A program made the translations under genes and the position numbers. Under the pieces are notes generated by a model. It was not told the origin of the DNA, did not search any database, and was given only the letters and a program-made list of their open reading frames with translations. Below are positions 15,940 to 25,491 of a DNA stretch of 37,428 bases, one piece after another; positions within the stretch are counted from its first letter, which is position 1, and each line of letters opens with the position of its first letter. The DNA is from Candidatus Moraniibacteriota bacterium (GTDB lineage Bacteria > Patescibacteriota > Minisyncoccia > JAHIHE01 > DAOVOJ01). The stretch is from the NCBI GenBank assembly GCA_030629775.1, contig DAOVOJ010000002.1:1-37428 (forward strand). The letters run 5' to 3'.

Positions 15940-16052
15940 ATAGGTTAAGCTTTTAAAGAAGTTGCGGATTGCATTTTGAATATTATTGGTTAAGAAAAAT
16001 AAAAAATAAAAATAGCGCAGATTGTGTCGTTTTTCGTAGTTTAAAATATGTA

Positions 16053-16081
16053 TTGACATATACTTTGGCTTATGCTAAACT
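16053..16081 (+). promoter_or_regulatory. Candidate promoter for the AAA+ ATPase gene
   Basis: TTGACA, 17 nt ending TGc, then TAAACT. Confidence 0.55.
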
Positions 16082-16117
16082 CTATATAGATATATAATTT
16101 AGTTAAATAAAATCACA

Positions 16118-17404
16118 ATGCTTTTATCTGCGCAAAATTATGTTAAAAGAGATCTGTTTGACAAAGTAGCAAAACATCTGGACAATAAAGAAATATCTTT
16201 GATTATCGGACCGCGGCAAGTCGGGAAAACAGTTTTAATTAAACAGCTTCAAAAATATTTGATTGAGGATAAAAAGGTTGGTCGAGAACTAATCTATTAT
16301 TTTAATTTAGATATTATAAAAGACAGGGAATTATTTGAAAATCAGACTGAATTTATTGAATTTTTAAAACAAAAAAGCTGTAAAAAGAAAATATATGTTT
16401 TTGTTGACGAAGCTCAAAAAACGAAAGAAGCGAGTGTTTTTTTTAAAGGCGTCTACGATTCCGATTTGCCGGTAAAATTAATTTTAACAGGATCATCAAA
16501 TTTGGAAATCAGGTCAAAAATACACGAATCTTTAACGGGCAGAAAACGAGTGTTTCATTTGTTGCCATTTTCATTTTTAGAAATATTAAAATACAAAAAT
16601 CCGGAATTATATAATTTGGTTATAAATAAAAAAAAGATATTTAATTATGATCTTCAAAAAATATTAAACTTATTTTTTGATTATTCCATTTTCGGGGGAT
16701 ATCCGCAGGCGGTGTTAGCTCAAGACGATGAAGAAAAAATTGAATTTTTAAAAGAAATTTTTAATAGTTATATAGAGAAAGATATCATCGGATTTCTGAG
16801 AATTGAAAATGAAAGTAATTTTAACAAATTAGTAAAATTATTGGCCACGCAGATTAGCAATTTAATAAATGTCGCGGAGCTAAGTTCATTGGTAAATACC
16901 GATAGATATACTATTGACAGATATTTATTGAATTTGGAAAAAACTTTTGTTGTCTATAACCTAAAACCATTTTACAGTAATCCGAGACAGGAACTTGTTA
17001 AGGCGTCTAAAATTTATTTCATTGACAACGGACTTCGGAATTTAAGTTTAGAGAATTTCAATAAGCCGTTTACTGACAGGCAAGACAGGGGAGAATTATT
17101 AGAAAATGCGGTCTTAAAAGAATTATTACTATTGAAACATAATAAAAATTTTAACCTAAAATTTTGGCGTTCCAAACAAAAAGCGGAAGTTGATTTTATT
17201 GTTGAACAAGGATTAGATATTCTGCCGATTGAAGTTAAATCTAATTTATCGTCAGCTAAATTAGAAGCTAGCTTTGCGGGATTTATCAGCCGTTATCAGC
17301 CTAAAAAAGCGTTGGTTGTGAATTTGGGATATCAGGGCAAGAGGAAAATAAACAAGACTGAAGTATTTTTTATTTATCCTTTTGAGATTGTTAATTATGT
17401 TTAG
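16118..17404 (+). CDS. AAA+ ATPase with a C-terminal DUF4143-like PD-(D/E)xK nuclease-fold domain (COG1373-type)
   Basis: Walker A GPRQVGKT and Walker B IYVFVDEAQ. The C-terminal part has YFIDNGLRN, AEVDFIV and LPIEVKS (D...ExK). Confidence 0.75.
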   Translation: MLLSAQNYVKRDLFDKVAKHLDNKEISLIIGPRQVGKTVLIKQLQKYLIEDKKVGRELIYYFNLDIIKDRELFENQTEFIEFLKQKSCKKKIYVFVDEAQKTKEASVFFKGVYDSDLPVKLILTGSSNLEIRSKIHESLTGRKRVFHLLPFSFLEILKYKNPELYNLVINKKKIFNYDLQKILNLFFDYSIFGGYPQAVLAQDDEEKIEFLKEIFNSYIEKDIIGFLRIENESNFNKLVKLLATQISNLINVAELSSLVNTDRYTIDRYLLNLEKTFVVYNLKPFYSNPRQELVKASKIYFIDNGLRNLSLENFNKPFTDRQDRGELLENAVLKELLLLKHNKNFNLKFWRSKQKAEVDFIVEQGLDILPIEVKSNLSSAKLEASFAGFISRYQPKKALVVNLGYQGKRKINKTEVFFIYPFEIVNYV

Positions 17405-17408
17405 AGGC

Positions 17409-17466
17409 GGCTGATTTTCTTATAATTCCCCTCTCGGGAGGGGAATAATCAATAAAAATTAGCAAC
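17409..17466. repeat. Minimal copy of the palindromic element (outer arms + single hairpin)
   Basis: Sequence: gctgattttcttataattcccctctcgggaggggaataatcaataaaaattagcaa. The outer arms match those of the 24214-24333 copy. Confidence 0.8.
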
Positions 17467-17518
17467 TCCTATATAAAATCCACGGACAATCTAACAAATA
17501 AAATTATAAAATATATTT

Positions 17519-19822
17519 ATGACTAGAAAATATCGGAGACGAAAAAATAAACTTAAATTTAAAATGCCGGAATTTAATTTGGAGCCGCAGGCGAAGAAGG
17601 ATATTTTGACGGTTGTGCTTTTTTCGCTGGCGTTGATCAGTATTTTGAGCTTCTTGGATCTGGCGGGAGGATTGGGAATAAAAATGTTTGAGCTGATTAA
17701 ATTTCTTTTTGGATTTGGATTTATTTTATTGCCGGTAGGGCTTATTTTTTTGGGAATAAAATTAATAAAACAGGAAGATGACGCGGCGGATCTAAATAAT
17801 AAATTATGGCTTATCGCCGATCAGGCGTCGGCTTTTTTCGGCTCAATAATTTTTGTTTTAGCTCTTTTGGGATTATTTCACATATTTTATCCCGCGGATC
17901 AAATGTTTGAAATGGTAAAAGCTGAAAGCGGCGGCGGATTTTTGGGAATGCTTTTGGCTTGGCCATTGAGGCAGCTTTTGGGAGTCGGAGGAGGGTTGAT
18001 AATTTTGGCGGCGATGCTGGTAATTTCATTTTTAATTATTTCCAACGTTTCACTGAGAGAATTATTAAGCAAGATCAAAAACTTTTTTTCATTTAAAAAA
18101 GAAAAATACTCTGAAGATGAAGAAAATGAAATAAGCAAGAAAAAAAACGAGGAAGATATTAAAGTAAATTATGGTGATGAAGAGGAAAAAAATGAGCAGA
18201 AAGAATCTTCCGTTTCAAAACCGTTTTCCTTGCTCAAAAAAATTGTTAAACCGCCATTTTTTACCGTTAAGAAAATTGAAGAAACTAAAGAAGAAATTGA
18301 AGAAAATATGTCTTCCGAAATTGAACTGCCGGTTGAGAATGACGCGGAGGCCGGGGACGATACGCTTTCCGAATCTGAAAGTGATATTTCAAAACCTCGT
18401 CCCAAAAAAACAGCTCCTTGGCATTTGCCGGGATTGGATCTGCTAGACAATTCTTCCGGCGAGCCGACCAGCGGAGACATTAAAGCTAATTCAAATATCA
18501 TCAAACGGACTTTGCAGAACTTTGGCATTGAGGTGGAAATGGGCGAGGTCAATGTCGGACCGACAGTCACTCAATATACTTTAAAGCCGTCGGTGGGAAT
18601 AAAATTAAGCCGCATCACGGCTTTGCAAAATGATCTGGCGCTGGCGTTGGCGGCGCGTTCAATCAGAATTGAAGCGCCGATCCCCGGACGTTCATGGGCG
18701 GGGTTGGAAATTCCCAATAAGGCGGCGGTGATGGTCAGACTGAAGAGTATTCTCAGCTCGCCCGCTTTTCGCGAAAGAAGATCAAATTTAAGCGTTGTCC
18801 TGGGTCGGAATGTCGCTGGCAATCCAATTTTAGCGGATCTGGCAAAAATGCCCCACCTTTTAATTGCCGGTTCAACGGGAAGCGGCAAAACGGTTTGCGT
18901 CAATACTCTAATTACCAGCTTGCTCTACCAAAATTCTCCCGATGAATTAAAATTTATTATGGTTGATCCCAAAAGAGTGGAACTGACTCCTTACAACGAT
19001 ATTCCCCATCTTTTGACGCCGGTGATCACAGATCCGGACAAAGCGATCAATTCTTTAAAGTGGTCTATTTCGGAAATGGAAAATAGATATGAATTGCTTT
19101 CTCAGCTGGGTGCCAGGAATATTGAGTCTTACAATAAATCAATCAGGGAAAAATATCAAAATCGCGAGACGCTTCCTTTCCTGGTAATTATCATTGACGA
19201 GCTGGCGGATTTGATGGCGACTCACGGGCGGGAAATGGAAGCGGCGGTAGTCAGGCTGGCTCAGATGGCGCGGGCGGTGGGAATTCATCTGGTGCTTTCC
19301 ACTCAGCGTCCCTCGGTGGAAGTGATCACCGGTTTGATCAAGGCCAATATCACTACCCGTTTTGCTTTTCAGGTTGCCAGCCAGATAGACTCCCGAACGA
19401 TCATTGATATGGCGGGAGCGGAGAAATTGTTGGGTAACGGTGATATGCTTTATCTCTCCGGCGACAGCAATAGGCCGATGAGAATTCAGGGCACCTTTGT
19501 TTCCGAAGGGGAAGTCAATAAAATAACCGCTTTTATTAAAAGCCAAAAAGTAAAAAAAGATGAAAGCGATCAGACGATCGTTGGTGAAGATAAAACGAAA
19601 ACGATCACGGATTTTTCCGCTAAAGAGGAAAATATGATCGACGATGATTTATACGAAGACGCGGTAGAAACGGTAAAAAACTCCGGCAAGGCGTCAGCGT
19701 CCCTGCTTCAACGCCGCCTGCGAATCGGCTATGCCCGCGCGGCGCGGCTCTTAGATCTAATGGAAGAGCAGGGAATTGTCGGTCCCGCCGACGGAGCAAA
19801 ACCGAGGGACATTTTAACATAA
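17519..19822 (+). CDS. ftsK: DNA translocase FtsK/SpoIIIE
   Basis: N-terminal TM segments and an acidic linker. Motor domain with GSTGSGKTVCVN and IIIDELADLM. C-terminal gamma winged helix SLLQRRLRIGYARAARLLDLMEEQGIVGP. Confidence 0.9.
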   Translation: MTRKYRRRKNKLKFKMPEFNLEPQAKKDILTVVLFSLALISILSFLDLAGGLGIKMFELIKFLFGFGFILLPVGLIFLGIKLIKQEDDAADLNNKLWLIADQASAFFGSIIFVLALLGLFHIFYPADQMFEMVKAESGGGFLGMLLAWPLRQLLGVGGGLIILAAMLVISFLIISNVSLRELLSKIKNFFSFKKEKYSEDEENEISKKKNEEDIKVNYGDEEEKNEQKESSVSKPFSLLKKIVKPPFFTVKKIEETKEEIEENMSSEIELPVENDAEAGDDTLSESESDISKPRPKKTAPWHLPGLDLLDNSSGEPTSGDIKANSNIIKRTLQNFGIEVEMGEVNVGPTVTQYTLKPSVGIKLSRITALQNDLALALAARSIRIEAPIPGRSWAGLEIPNKAAVMVRLKSILSSPAFRERRSNLSVVLGRNVAGNPILADLAKMPHLLIAGSTGSGKTVCVNTLITSLLYQNSPDELKFIMVDPKRVELTPYNDIPHLLTPVITDPDKAINSLKWSISEMENRYELLSQLGARNIESYNKSIREKYQNRETLPFLVIIIDELADLMATHGREMEAAVVRLAQMARAVGIHLVLSTQRPSVEVITGLIKANITTRFAFQVASQIDSRTIIDMAGAEKLLGNGDMLYLSGDSNRPMRIQGTFVSEGEVNKITAFIKSQKVKKDESDQTIVGEDKTKTITDFSAKEENMIDDDLYEDAVETVKNSGKASASLLQRRLRIGYARAARLLDLMEEQGIVGPADGAKPRDILT

Positions 19823-19988
19823 TAACATTTTAACATTTAAACAAGCGGGAAATGTTTTTTGTAAAAGCTGTAAGTTTGTGAGTTTAACGCGTTTAAAGGA
19901 ATGGTAAAGTAAAAAAGTTTTTTGAAAAGCATATTTTACAGAAACTTTTTGTTAAAATGTTAATATGTTTGTATGTTAAAATGTTAAT

Positions 19989-20723
19989 ATGTTTAAGACC
20001 AAACAAATCAGCCATAAAAATTCCCGGAGAATAGGCGAGATTTTGAAGCAGACGCGGGAAGAGAAAAATATTTCACTGGAAGAAGTCGGCGAGGCCACTA
20101 AAATCCAACGGGGATATTTGAAAGATATTGAAAATGGAGAATATCAAAATCTTCCACCGGATGTTTATATTTGCGGATTTATCAAACAATACGCAAGTTT
20201 TTTAGGTCTTGACGCCGGGAAAATAATTCTTCTTTACAAGCGGGAGCGTTGTATTCAGAAAAATCTTGAAGATAAGCGCGCTAAATTTAGAATAAAAACG
20301 GATTCTAAAAAGTTTAATCCCAAGCGATCAAAGCGAAACTCTTTAATGGATTCTTCGCCGAAAAGAAAATTATTTATCGTAACTCCCAAGATCCTAACTT
20401 TGTTGTTGGGAATTTTTGCTTTGGCGGGCATAACTTTTTATCTCTGGCATCAAATTAATTCTTTTAATTCTGTGCCGTATCTTTATATTTCAGAACCGGC
20501 GGAGGATCAAATGGTTAGTCAGGATAGAATTTATCTCAAAGGACAGGCGGAAAAAGATGTTGAGCTGAAAATTAACGGCGAAATCGTTTACCTTGATTTT
20601 CTGGGAAACTTTGAGATAGAAATAAATCTGCAAGAAGGGCTGAATGTAATTACCATTGAAGCGGAAAATCATTTCGGCAGAAAAGCGGAAGCGGTGAGAA
20701 GGATAATTTATGAGAAAAATTAA
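19989..20723 (+). CDS. RodZ-like HTH membrane protein
   Basis: N-terminal XRE-type HTH with the RodZ-typical IGEILKQTREEKNISLEEV...YLKDIENGEYQNLP...GFIKQYASFLGLD. This is followed by a basic linker, a TM helix and a beta-rich ectodomain. Confidence 0.6.
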   Translation: MFKTKQISHKNSRRIGEILKQTREEKNISLEEVGEATKIQRGYLKDIENGEYQNLPPDVYICGFIKQYASFLGLDAGKIILLYKRERCIQKNLEDKRAKFRIKTDSKKFNPKRSKRNSLMDSSPKRKLFIVTPKILTLLLGIFALAGITFYLWHQINSFNSVPYLYISEPAEDQMVSQDRIYLKGQAEKDVELKINGEIVYLDFLGNFEIEINLQEGLNVITIEAENHFGRKAEAVRRIIYEKN

Positions 20724-20789
20724 CGGATTATTTATTAACGAATTGCGAATTAACAAATTAGATATAATTTTCATTTTTAAGCAGTGTAA

Positions 20790-20921
20790 AAAGATACAAG
20801 GATACAAGATACAATAATCAAAAAATAATCAAACACCAAACATCAATAATCAAACAACTTAGAATTTGGTTATTGATCATTGTTTCTTTTTTGGTTATTG
20901 TATCTTGATTATTGTATCCTT
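20790..20921. repeat. Long imperfect hairpin built from GATACAA and TAATCAAA words
   Basis: aagatacaaggatacaagatacaataatcaaaaaataatcaaaca... is mirrored by ...ggttattgatcattg...ggttattgtatcttgattattgtatcc. Confidence 0.75.
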
Positions 20922-21066
20922 TAAAAACTGTTTAGAAATTAAAAATTAGAAATTCAATAAAAATTAAGAATTAAAAATTAGAAATTTTAAATCAGGTTTA
21001 CACGCTAGCCATCCGTCAAAGGTTATGCTAAACTAAACTAGAAATTTATAATCTAACAACAATTTT

Positions 21067-22089
21067 ATGCCTAAAGAACAAAAAAAAGATGATGAAGCGA
21101 AAAATGAAGCGGTGGAGGAAGCGGTGAGCGAGATTAAAAAGAGATTTGGAGAGGGGGCGATTATGCGGCTGGGGGAAGCCAAAAAAATGGATATTGGATC
21201 CATTCCGACCGGCTCAATTTCTTTGGATTTGGCTTTGGGAATCGGCGGAGTGCCGAAAGGAAGGATCATTGAACTTTACGGACCGGAGTCAAGCGGTAAA
21301 ACCACTTTGTCGCTCCACATCGTTTCCGAGTCGCAGAAAAAAGGCGGGACGGCCGCTTTTGTGGACGCCGAACACGCCCTTGATCCGGAATATGCTAAAA
21401 AGATCGGAGTTAATGTTGATAAACTTTTAGTTTCCCAGCCGGATAGCGGCGAGCAGGCGTTGGAAATTGTTGAAGCGTTGGTGCGGTCAGGCGCGGTGGA
21501 CATTATCATTATTGATTCGGTGGCGGCTCTGACACCCAAAGCGGAAATAGAGGGCGACATGGGCGCTTCCCATATGGGACTTCAGGCGCGGTTAATGTCC
21601 CAGGCGTTGAGAAAATTAACCGGCATTGTCAACAATACCAACACGACCGTTATTTTTATCAACCAGATCAGAATGAAGATCGGCGTGGTCTTCGGTAATC
21701 CGGAAGTTACCCCCGGCGGAAAAGCGTTGAAATTCCATTCGTCGGTGAGAATTGAGGTGCGTAAATCAGCGCAGATCAAACAGGGCGAAAATATTATCGG
21801 CAACCGAGTGAAAGTTAAAATTGTCAAAAACAAAGTCGCTCCGCCTTTCCGAACGGCCGAATTTGATATTATGTATAATGAAGGAATTTCTCGTCTTGGC
21901 GACATAGTCAACACCGGCGTTAAATACGACATTGTTCAAAAGGGCGGCGCTTGGTATAACTACGGCGAGCATAAACTAGGACAAGGTCTTGAAGCTAGTA
22001 AAAGATATCTCAAAGAAAATCCTAAATTAGTAACAGAGATTGTCAAAAAAATCAAGGAAGCGGCAAAGAAAGCGGAGATGGTGGAATAA
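21067..22089 (+). CDS. recA: Recombinase RecA
   Basis: Motifs [29 protein letters not shown] and [11 protein letters not shown]. Confidence 0.95.
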   Translation: MPKEQKKDDEAKNEAVEEAVSEIKKRFGEGAIMRLGEAKKMDIGSIPTGSISLDLALGIGGVPKGRIIELYGPESSGKTTLSLHIVSESQKKGGTAAFVDAEHALDPEYAKKIGVNVDKLLVSQPDSGEQALEIVEALVRSGAVDIIIIDSVAALTPKAEIEGDMGASHMGLQARLMSQALRKLTGIVNNTNTTVIFINQIRMKIGVVFGNPEVTPGGKALKFHSSVRIEVRKSAQIKQGENIIGNRVKVKIVKNKVAPPFRTAEFDIMYNEGISRLGDIVNTGVKYDIVQKGGAWYNYGEHKLGQGLEASKRYLKENPKLVTEIVKKIKEAAKKAEMVE

Positions 22090-22093
22090 TGGT

Positions 22094-22121
22094 TTGACAT
22101 ATTTTTATGGCGTGCTACAGT
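22094..22121 (+). promoter_or_regulatory. Candidate promoter for the leader upstream of the ABC-F gene
   Basis: TTGACA, 16 nt ending TGc, then TACAGT. It lies immediately after the recA stop. Confidence 0.45.
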
Positions 22122-22343
22122 TAGAGCCGTTAGATAAAAATTATGAAAATTTACAATTTACAACTGACGAAAAATATGGAGGTAGATGAAATGACTGGAA
22201 CGGTGGTTGTTTTGAGCGCGGAAACCTGCTAAGCGGGCGGTTTGTTTTTAGTTTGCTTTGGATAAAAACAGGGCAAGTAAAATAAAAACAAATTGCCAGA
22301 TCAGCAGGTTTTTTAATTGGTTAAAATAAGGACTATGCACTTT

Positions 22344-22521
22344 CTGTCATTTCGACCGAAGTGACCCTGCGGCGATAGCCGAAGAGGGAACGGAGTGGAG
22401 GAATCCCTTCAATATTATTTATTGTATAAATATTACTTTTCCTGTTTTATATTATTTAAGAGATCCTTCAGCTCCTAAAGCCTGCCCCGTACTTAGATAC
22501 GGGGTCGTTCAGGATGACAAG
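22344..22521. mobile_element. MITE-like element with TGTCATYYYGA termini
   Basis: The left end ctgtcatttcgaccgaag and the right end cgttcaggatgacaag are inverted. Inside are a perfect hairpin ccccgta-cttaga-tacgggg (22485-22504) and an AT-rich core. A related motif sits at 37391-37423. Confidence 0.45.
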
Positions 22522-22552
22522 TTTAAATATGTAATTTCTATAAAATTCATTT

Positions 22553-24211
22553 ATGTTTAAAAATAAATTCAAAACCAGCTCCTTATCTCTGGAAGATCCG
22601 TTGATAACTTTGAGCGGGGTGTCCAAAAATTTTGGCAGTCAAGAAGTTTTTTCGAGTGTTAATTTGGTGGTCAATCAAAAAGATCGGATTGCCATTATCG
22701 GTTCTAACGGGATCGGTAAAAGCACTCTTCTTAAAATAATTATTGGATTAAGTGAACCCGATAATGGCGAGGTTTATAAAAATAAAAATCTTCGGATCGG
22801 TTATTTGCCTCAGGAGACGAATTGGAGTTCGCTTGAAAATAAAATAATAGATGAAATGAAATCGGCGGATGAGGAAATTTTTGGTTTGATCAATAAAAAA
22901 AGAGAATACGAACTTATAATTTCTGATACGAAGAGAAGCGATTTAAAAAATAAAATTGCTGAATACGGAGAAATAGTGGATTGTTATGAAGCGAATAAAG
23001 GATACGAACATGAAAGGTTGGCGGAAGATATTTTGGTGAAATTTAATTTTTCCAAGAGCGACTGGGACAGAAAAGTGAAATCTCTAAGCGGCGGGGAGCG
23101 GACGCGATTGGCATTGGCAAAAATCGTTTTGTTAAAACCGAATATTTTAGTCTTGGACGAGCCGACCAATCATTTGGATCTGGAAACAATTATCTGGCTG
23201 GAAAATCTTTTGATGAAATGGGAAATGGCAATTATTCTTATCTCTCACGACCAGCATTTTTTGGATTTGGTTTGTGACAAAACTTTTGAGTTGAGCGAGG
23301 ATGGTTTGGAAAAATATTATTGTAATTATTCCGGATATCTCAAAGAAAAATCAAAAAGAGCCGAAAAGAAAGTGGAGGCGTATAAAAGACAGGAAAAATA
23401 TCTGGGAAAACAGAACGAATTTATTGAGCGATTTCGATATAAAGCCACCAAGGCCAAAGCGGTGCAGAGCCGGATAAAAATGATTGATAAAATGGAAAAA
23501 GTGAAAGAGCCGGAGCAAGGCGTGAAAAAAATCAATATAAAATTCAGCGCGTTTTTAAATTTGCCTCAAAAAGTTTTAGAGATTGAGGATTTAGTAATTG
23601 GAGAAAAAGATTTGCCGTTGGTTATGTTTGACAGGAGATGGGAAATAAAAAAAAATGACAAAATAGGCATTATTGGCGCCAACGGGGCTGGAAAATCAAC
23701 GCTTCTAAAAACTTTGATCGGCCGAAATAAAATCTTGGAAGGTAAAATTAAATTCTCCAAACAAGTGAAAATCGGTTACTACGCTCAAGCTCACGAGGAG
23801 CTCAATCCCGAAAAAAATATTTTAGAGGAAGTGGAATTAAAAACCAAGACCAACGAAGAAAAGACGAGAAATGTTTTAGGTTCGTTACTTTTTTCAGGTC
23901 GGGATGCCTATAAAATGATTGGTGATTTGAGCGGCGGAGAGCGGGCGAGAGTGGCGATTGCCGAATTGATTCTTAATGATTCCAATATGCTGTTTTTAGA
24001 CGAGCCGACCAATCATTTGGATCTGGAAAGCAAATCCGCCGTGTCGGAGATCTTCAAGAATTTTGGCGGTCCAATTGTTATGGTTTCGCATGACAGATTT
24101 GTTCTGAACAAGGTTTGCAATATTATTTGGGAAATAAAAGATAATGAGGCAAAAAAGTATCTTGGAAATTATGATGATTATGAAAAGAAGAAAAACAGTT
24201 TATCTGATTAA
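22553..24211 (+). CDS. ABC-F family ATPase (two NBDs, no TM domain)
   Basis: Duplicate Walker A (GSNGIGKST, GANGAGKST), signature (LSGGERTRLALA, LSGGERARVAIA) and Walker B (ILVLDEPTNHLD, MLFLDEPTNHLD) motifs, separated by a charged interdomain linker. Confidence 0.9.
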   Translation: MFKNKFKTSSLSLEDPLITLSGVSKNFGSQEVFSSVNLVVNQKDRIAIIGSNGIGKSTLLKIIIGLSEPDNGEVYKNKNLRIGYLPQETNWSSLENKIIDEMKSADEEIFGLINKKREYELIISDTKRSDLKNKIAEYGEIVDCYEANKGYEHERLAEDILVKFNFSKSDWDRKVKSLSGGERTRLALAKIVLLKPNILVLDEPTNHLDLETIIWLENLLMKWEMAIILISHDQHFLDLVCDKTFELSEDGLEKYYCNYSGYLKEKSKRAEKKVEAYKRQEKYLGKQNEFIERFRYKATKAKAVQSRIKMIDKMEKVKEPEQGVKKINIKFSAFLNLPQKVLEIEDLVIGEKDLPLVMFDRRWEIKKNDKIGIIGANGAGKSTLLKTLIGRNKILEGKIKFSKQVKIGYYAQAHEELNPEKNILEEVELKTKTNEEKTRNVLGSLLFSGRDAYKMIGDLSGGERARVAIAELILNDSNMLFLDEPTNHLDLESKSAVSEIFKNFGGPIVMVSHDRFVLNKVCNIIWEIKDNEAKKYLGNYDDYEKKKNSLSD

Positions 24212-24213
24212 GG

Positions 24214-24333
24214 CTTGCTGATTTTCTCATAATTCCCCTCTTGAGAGGGGGTTGGGGGTGCGTTAAGAAACTTGTTAACCCTAACCCACCCTAGCCCCTC
24301 TCGAAAGGGGGATAGTCATTAAAAATCAGCAAG
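24214..24333. repeat. Full copy of the nested palindromic element with outer arms
   Basis: Sequence: gcttgctgattttctcataattcccctcttgagagggggttgggggtgcgttaa ... ttaaccctaacccaccctagcccctctcgaaagggggatagtcattaaaaatcagcaag. Confidence 0.85.
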
Positions 24334-24374
24334 ATTCTATATACTTCAGTTATTTCTATTGGGTTCGCTTGCCA

Positions 24375-24403
24375 TTGTCTGAAAATAAAAAGCGTGCTAA
24401 AAT
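24375..24403 (+). promoter_or_regulatory. Candidate promoter for the DksA/TraR-like gene
   Basis: TTGTCT, 17 nt ending TGc, then TAAAAT. Confidence 0.4.
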
Positions 24404-24440
24404 AAAAGAGTATTGAAAGGGATATAATTATTAAAATAAT

Positions 24441-24797
24441 ATGATCAACAAAGAAAAATTAGAGGAAACAAAAAATAAATTGGAAGAGAAAAAAGAAAGC
24501 ATTATTGGAGAGCTTAAAAATTTTGCGTGGGAAAATAAAAGTATTAAAGATAATTTTGAAACTAAATTTCCCCAATTAGGTTCTCATCAGGACGAGAATG
24601 CTATTGAAGTTTCTGATTATGAAAATCAGCTTTCTGTTGAGCATAGTCTGGAAGACGATTTGAAAAAAATTAACAAGGCTTTGGAAAAAATAAAAGACGG
24701 AACTTATGGCGTTTGTGAAAAGTGCGGCGGCGAAATCAATCCTGAGCGGCTGGAAGCATTTCCCGAAGCGGTGGAATGTATGAAGTGTAATAAATAA
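24441..24797 (+). CDS. DksA/TraR-family C4 zinc-finger protein
   Basis: An N-terminal coiled-coil region followed by CEKCGGEI...ECMKC (CxxC-N17-CxxC). Confidence 0.75.
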   Translation: MINKEKLEETKNKLEEKKESIIGELKNFAWENKSIKDNFETKFPQLGSHQDENAIEVSDYENQLSVEHSLEDDLKKINKALEKIKDGTYGVCEKCGGEINPERLEAFPEAVECMKCNK

Positions 24798-24866
24798 AAT
24801 TTTATTTATGTCAAATCTTTTTGTTTGTCGCCTTAGTTTGCTAAGGCGATTTTAAATTGTTATTTT

Positions 24867-25328
24867 ATGAAAACATATCACAGTCTTATTCTAATTATTT
24901 TATTATCTTTTTTTCTAGACCGTTTTAGCAAGCAGTTAATTTTATTATTTTCTCAGGATTTTTATATTTTAAATTATCCCGTCGTTCAATTTCACCAAAA
25001 CTATGGCATTGTTTTGGGAATGCCATTTAATTTAAACTCTTTTTTATGGCTGCTGATTTTAATTTTAGGACTGCTGGCAATTTATTTTAAAAGAAAAATG
25101 ATTTTCAGCTTTCTAAATAAAAAAGGAATTATTGGCCTTGTTCTAATTATTGGCGGCGCGGCTGGCAATATTTTTGACCGTCTTTTTTTTGGATATGTTG
25201 TTGATTTTATTAATCTTCCTTATCTTAATCTCGTTATCAATTTCGCGGATATAGAAATTATTATCGGAGCAATGTTAATAGGTTTAACGATTTTAGAAAA
25301 TAAGAAATATGCAGGAAATACTAAATAG
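24867..25328 (+). CDS. lspA: Lipoprotein signal peptidase (signal peptidase II)
   Basis: Four TM segments. Conserved GAAGNIFDR, VVDFI and NFADIEIIIG motifs. Confidence 0.8.
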   Translation: MKTYHSLILIILLSFFLDRFSKQLILLFSQDFYILNYPVVQFHQNYGIVLGMPFNLNSFLWLLILILGLLAIYFKRKMIFSFLNKKGIIGLVLIIGGAAGNIFDRLFFGYVVDFINLPYLNLVINFADIEIIIGAMLIGLTILENKKYAGNTK

Positions 25329-25338
25329 AAGTCGGGTA

Positions 25339-25413
25339 GCATTGTTAAATTGTTAAATTGTTGAGCGGCAAAAGTGGCTTTTAGCAATTTAACAATATAG
25401 CAATTTAACAATA
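25339..25413. repeat. AAATTGTTA-word hairpin
   Basis: cattgttaaattgttaaattgttgagc ... gcaatttaacaatatagcaatttaacaat. The same word array occurs at 35895-35934. Confidence 0.8.
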
Positions 25414-25491
25414 TCCAATTTGTCTTGCCTTAAAAAATAAGTTAAAATGAAATTAGTTTAAGAATAATTTATTTTTTATTAAATTAAATTT

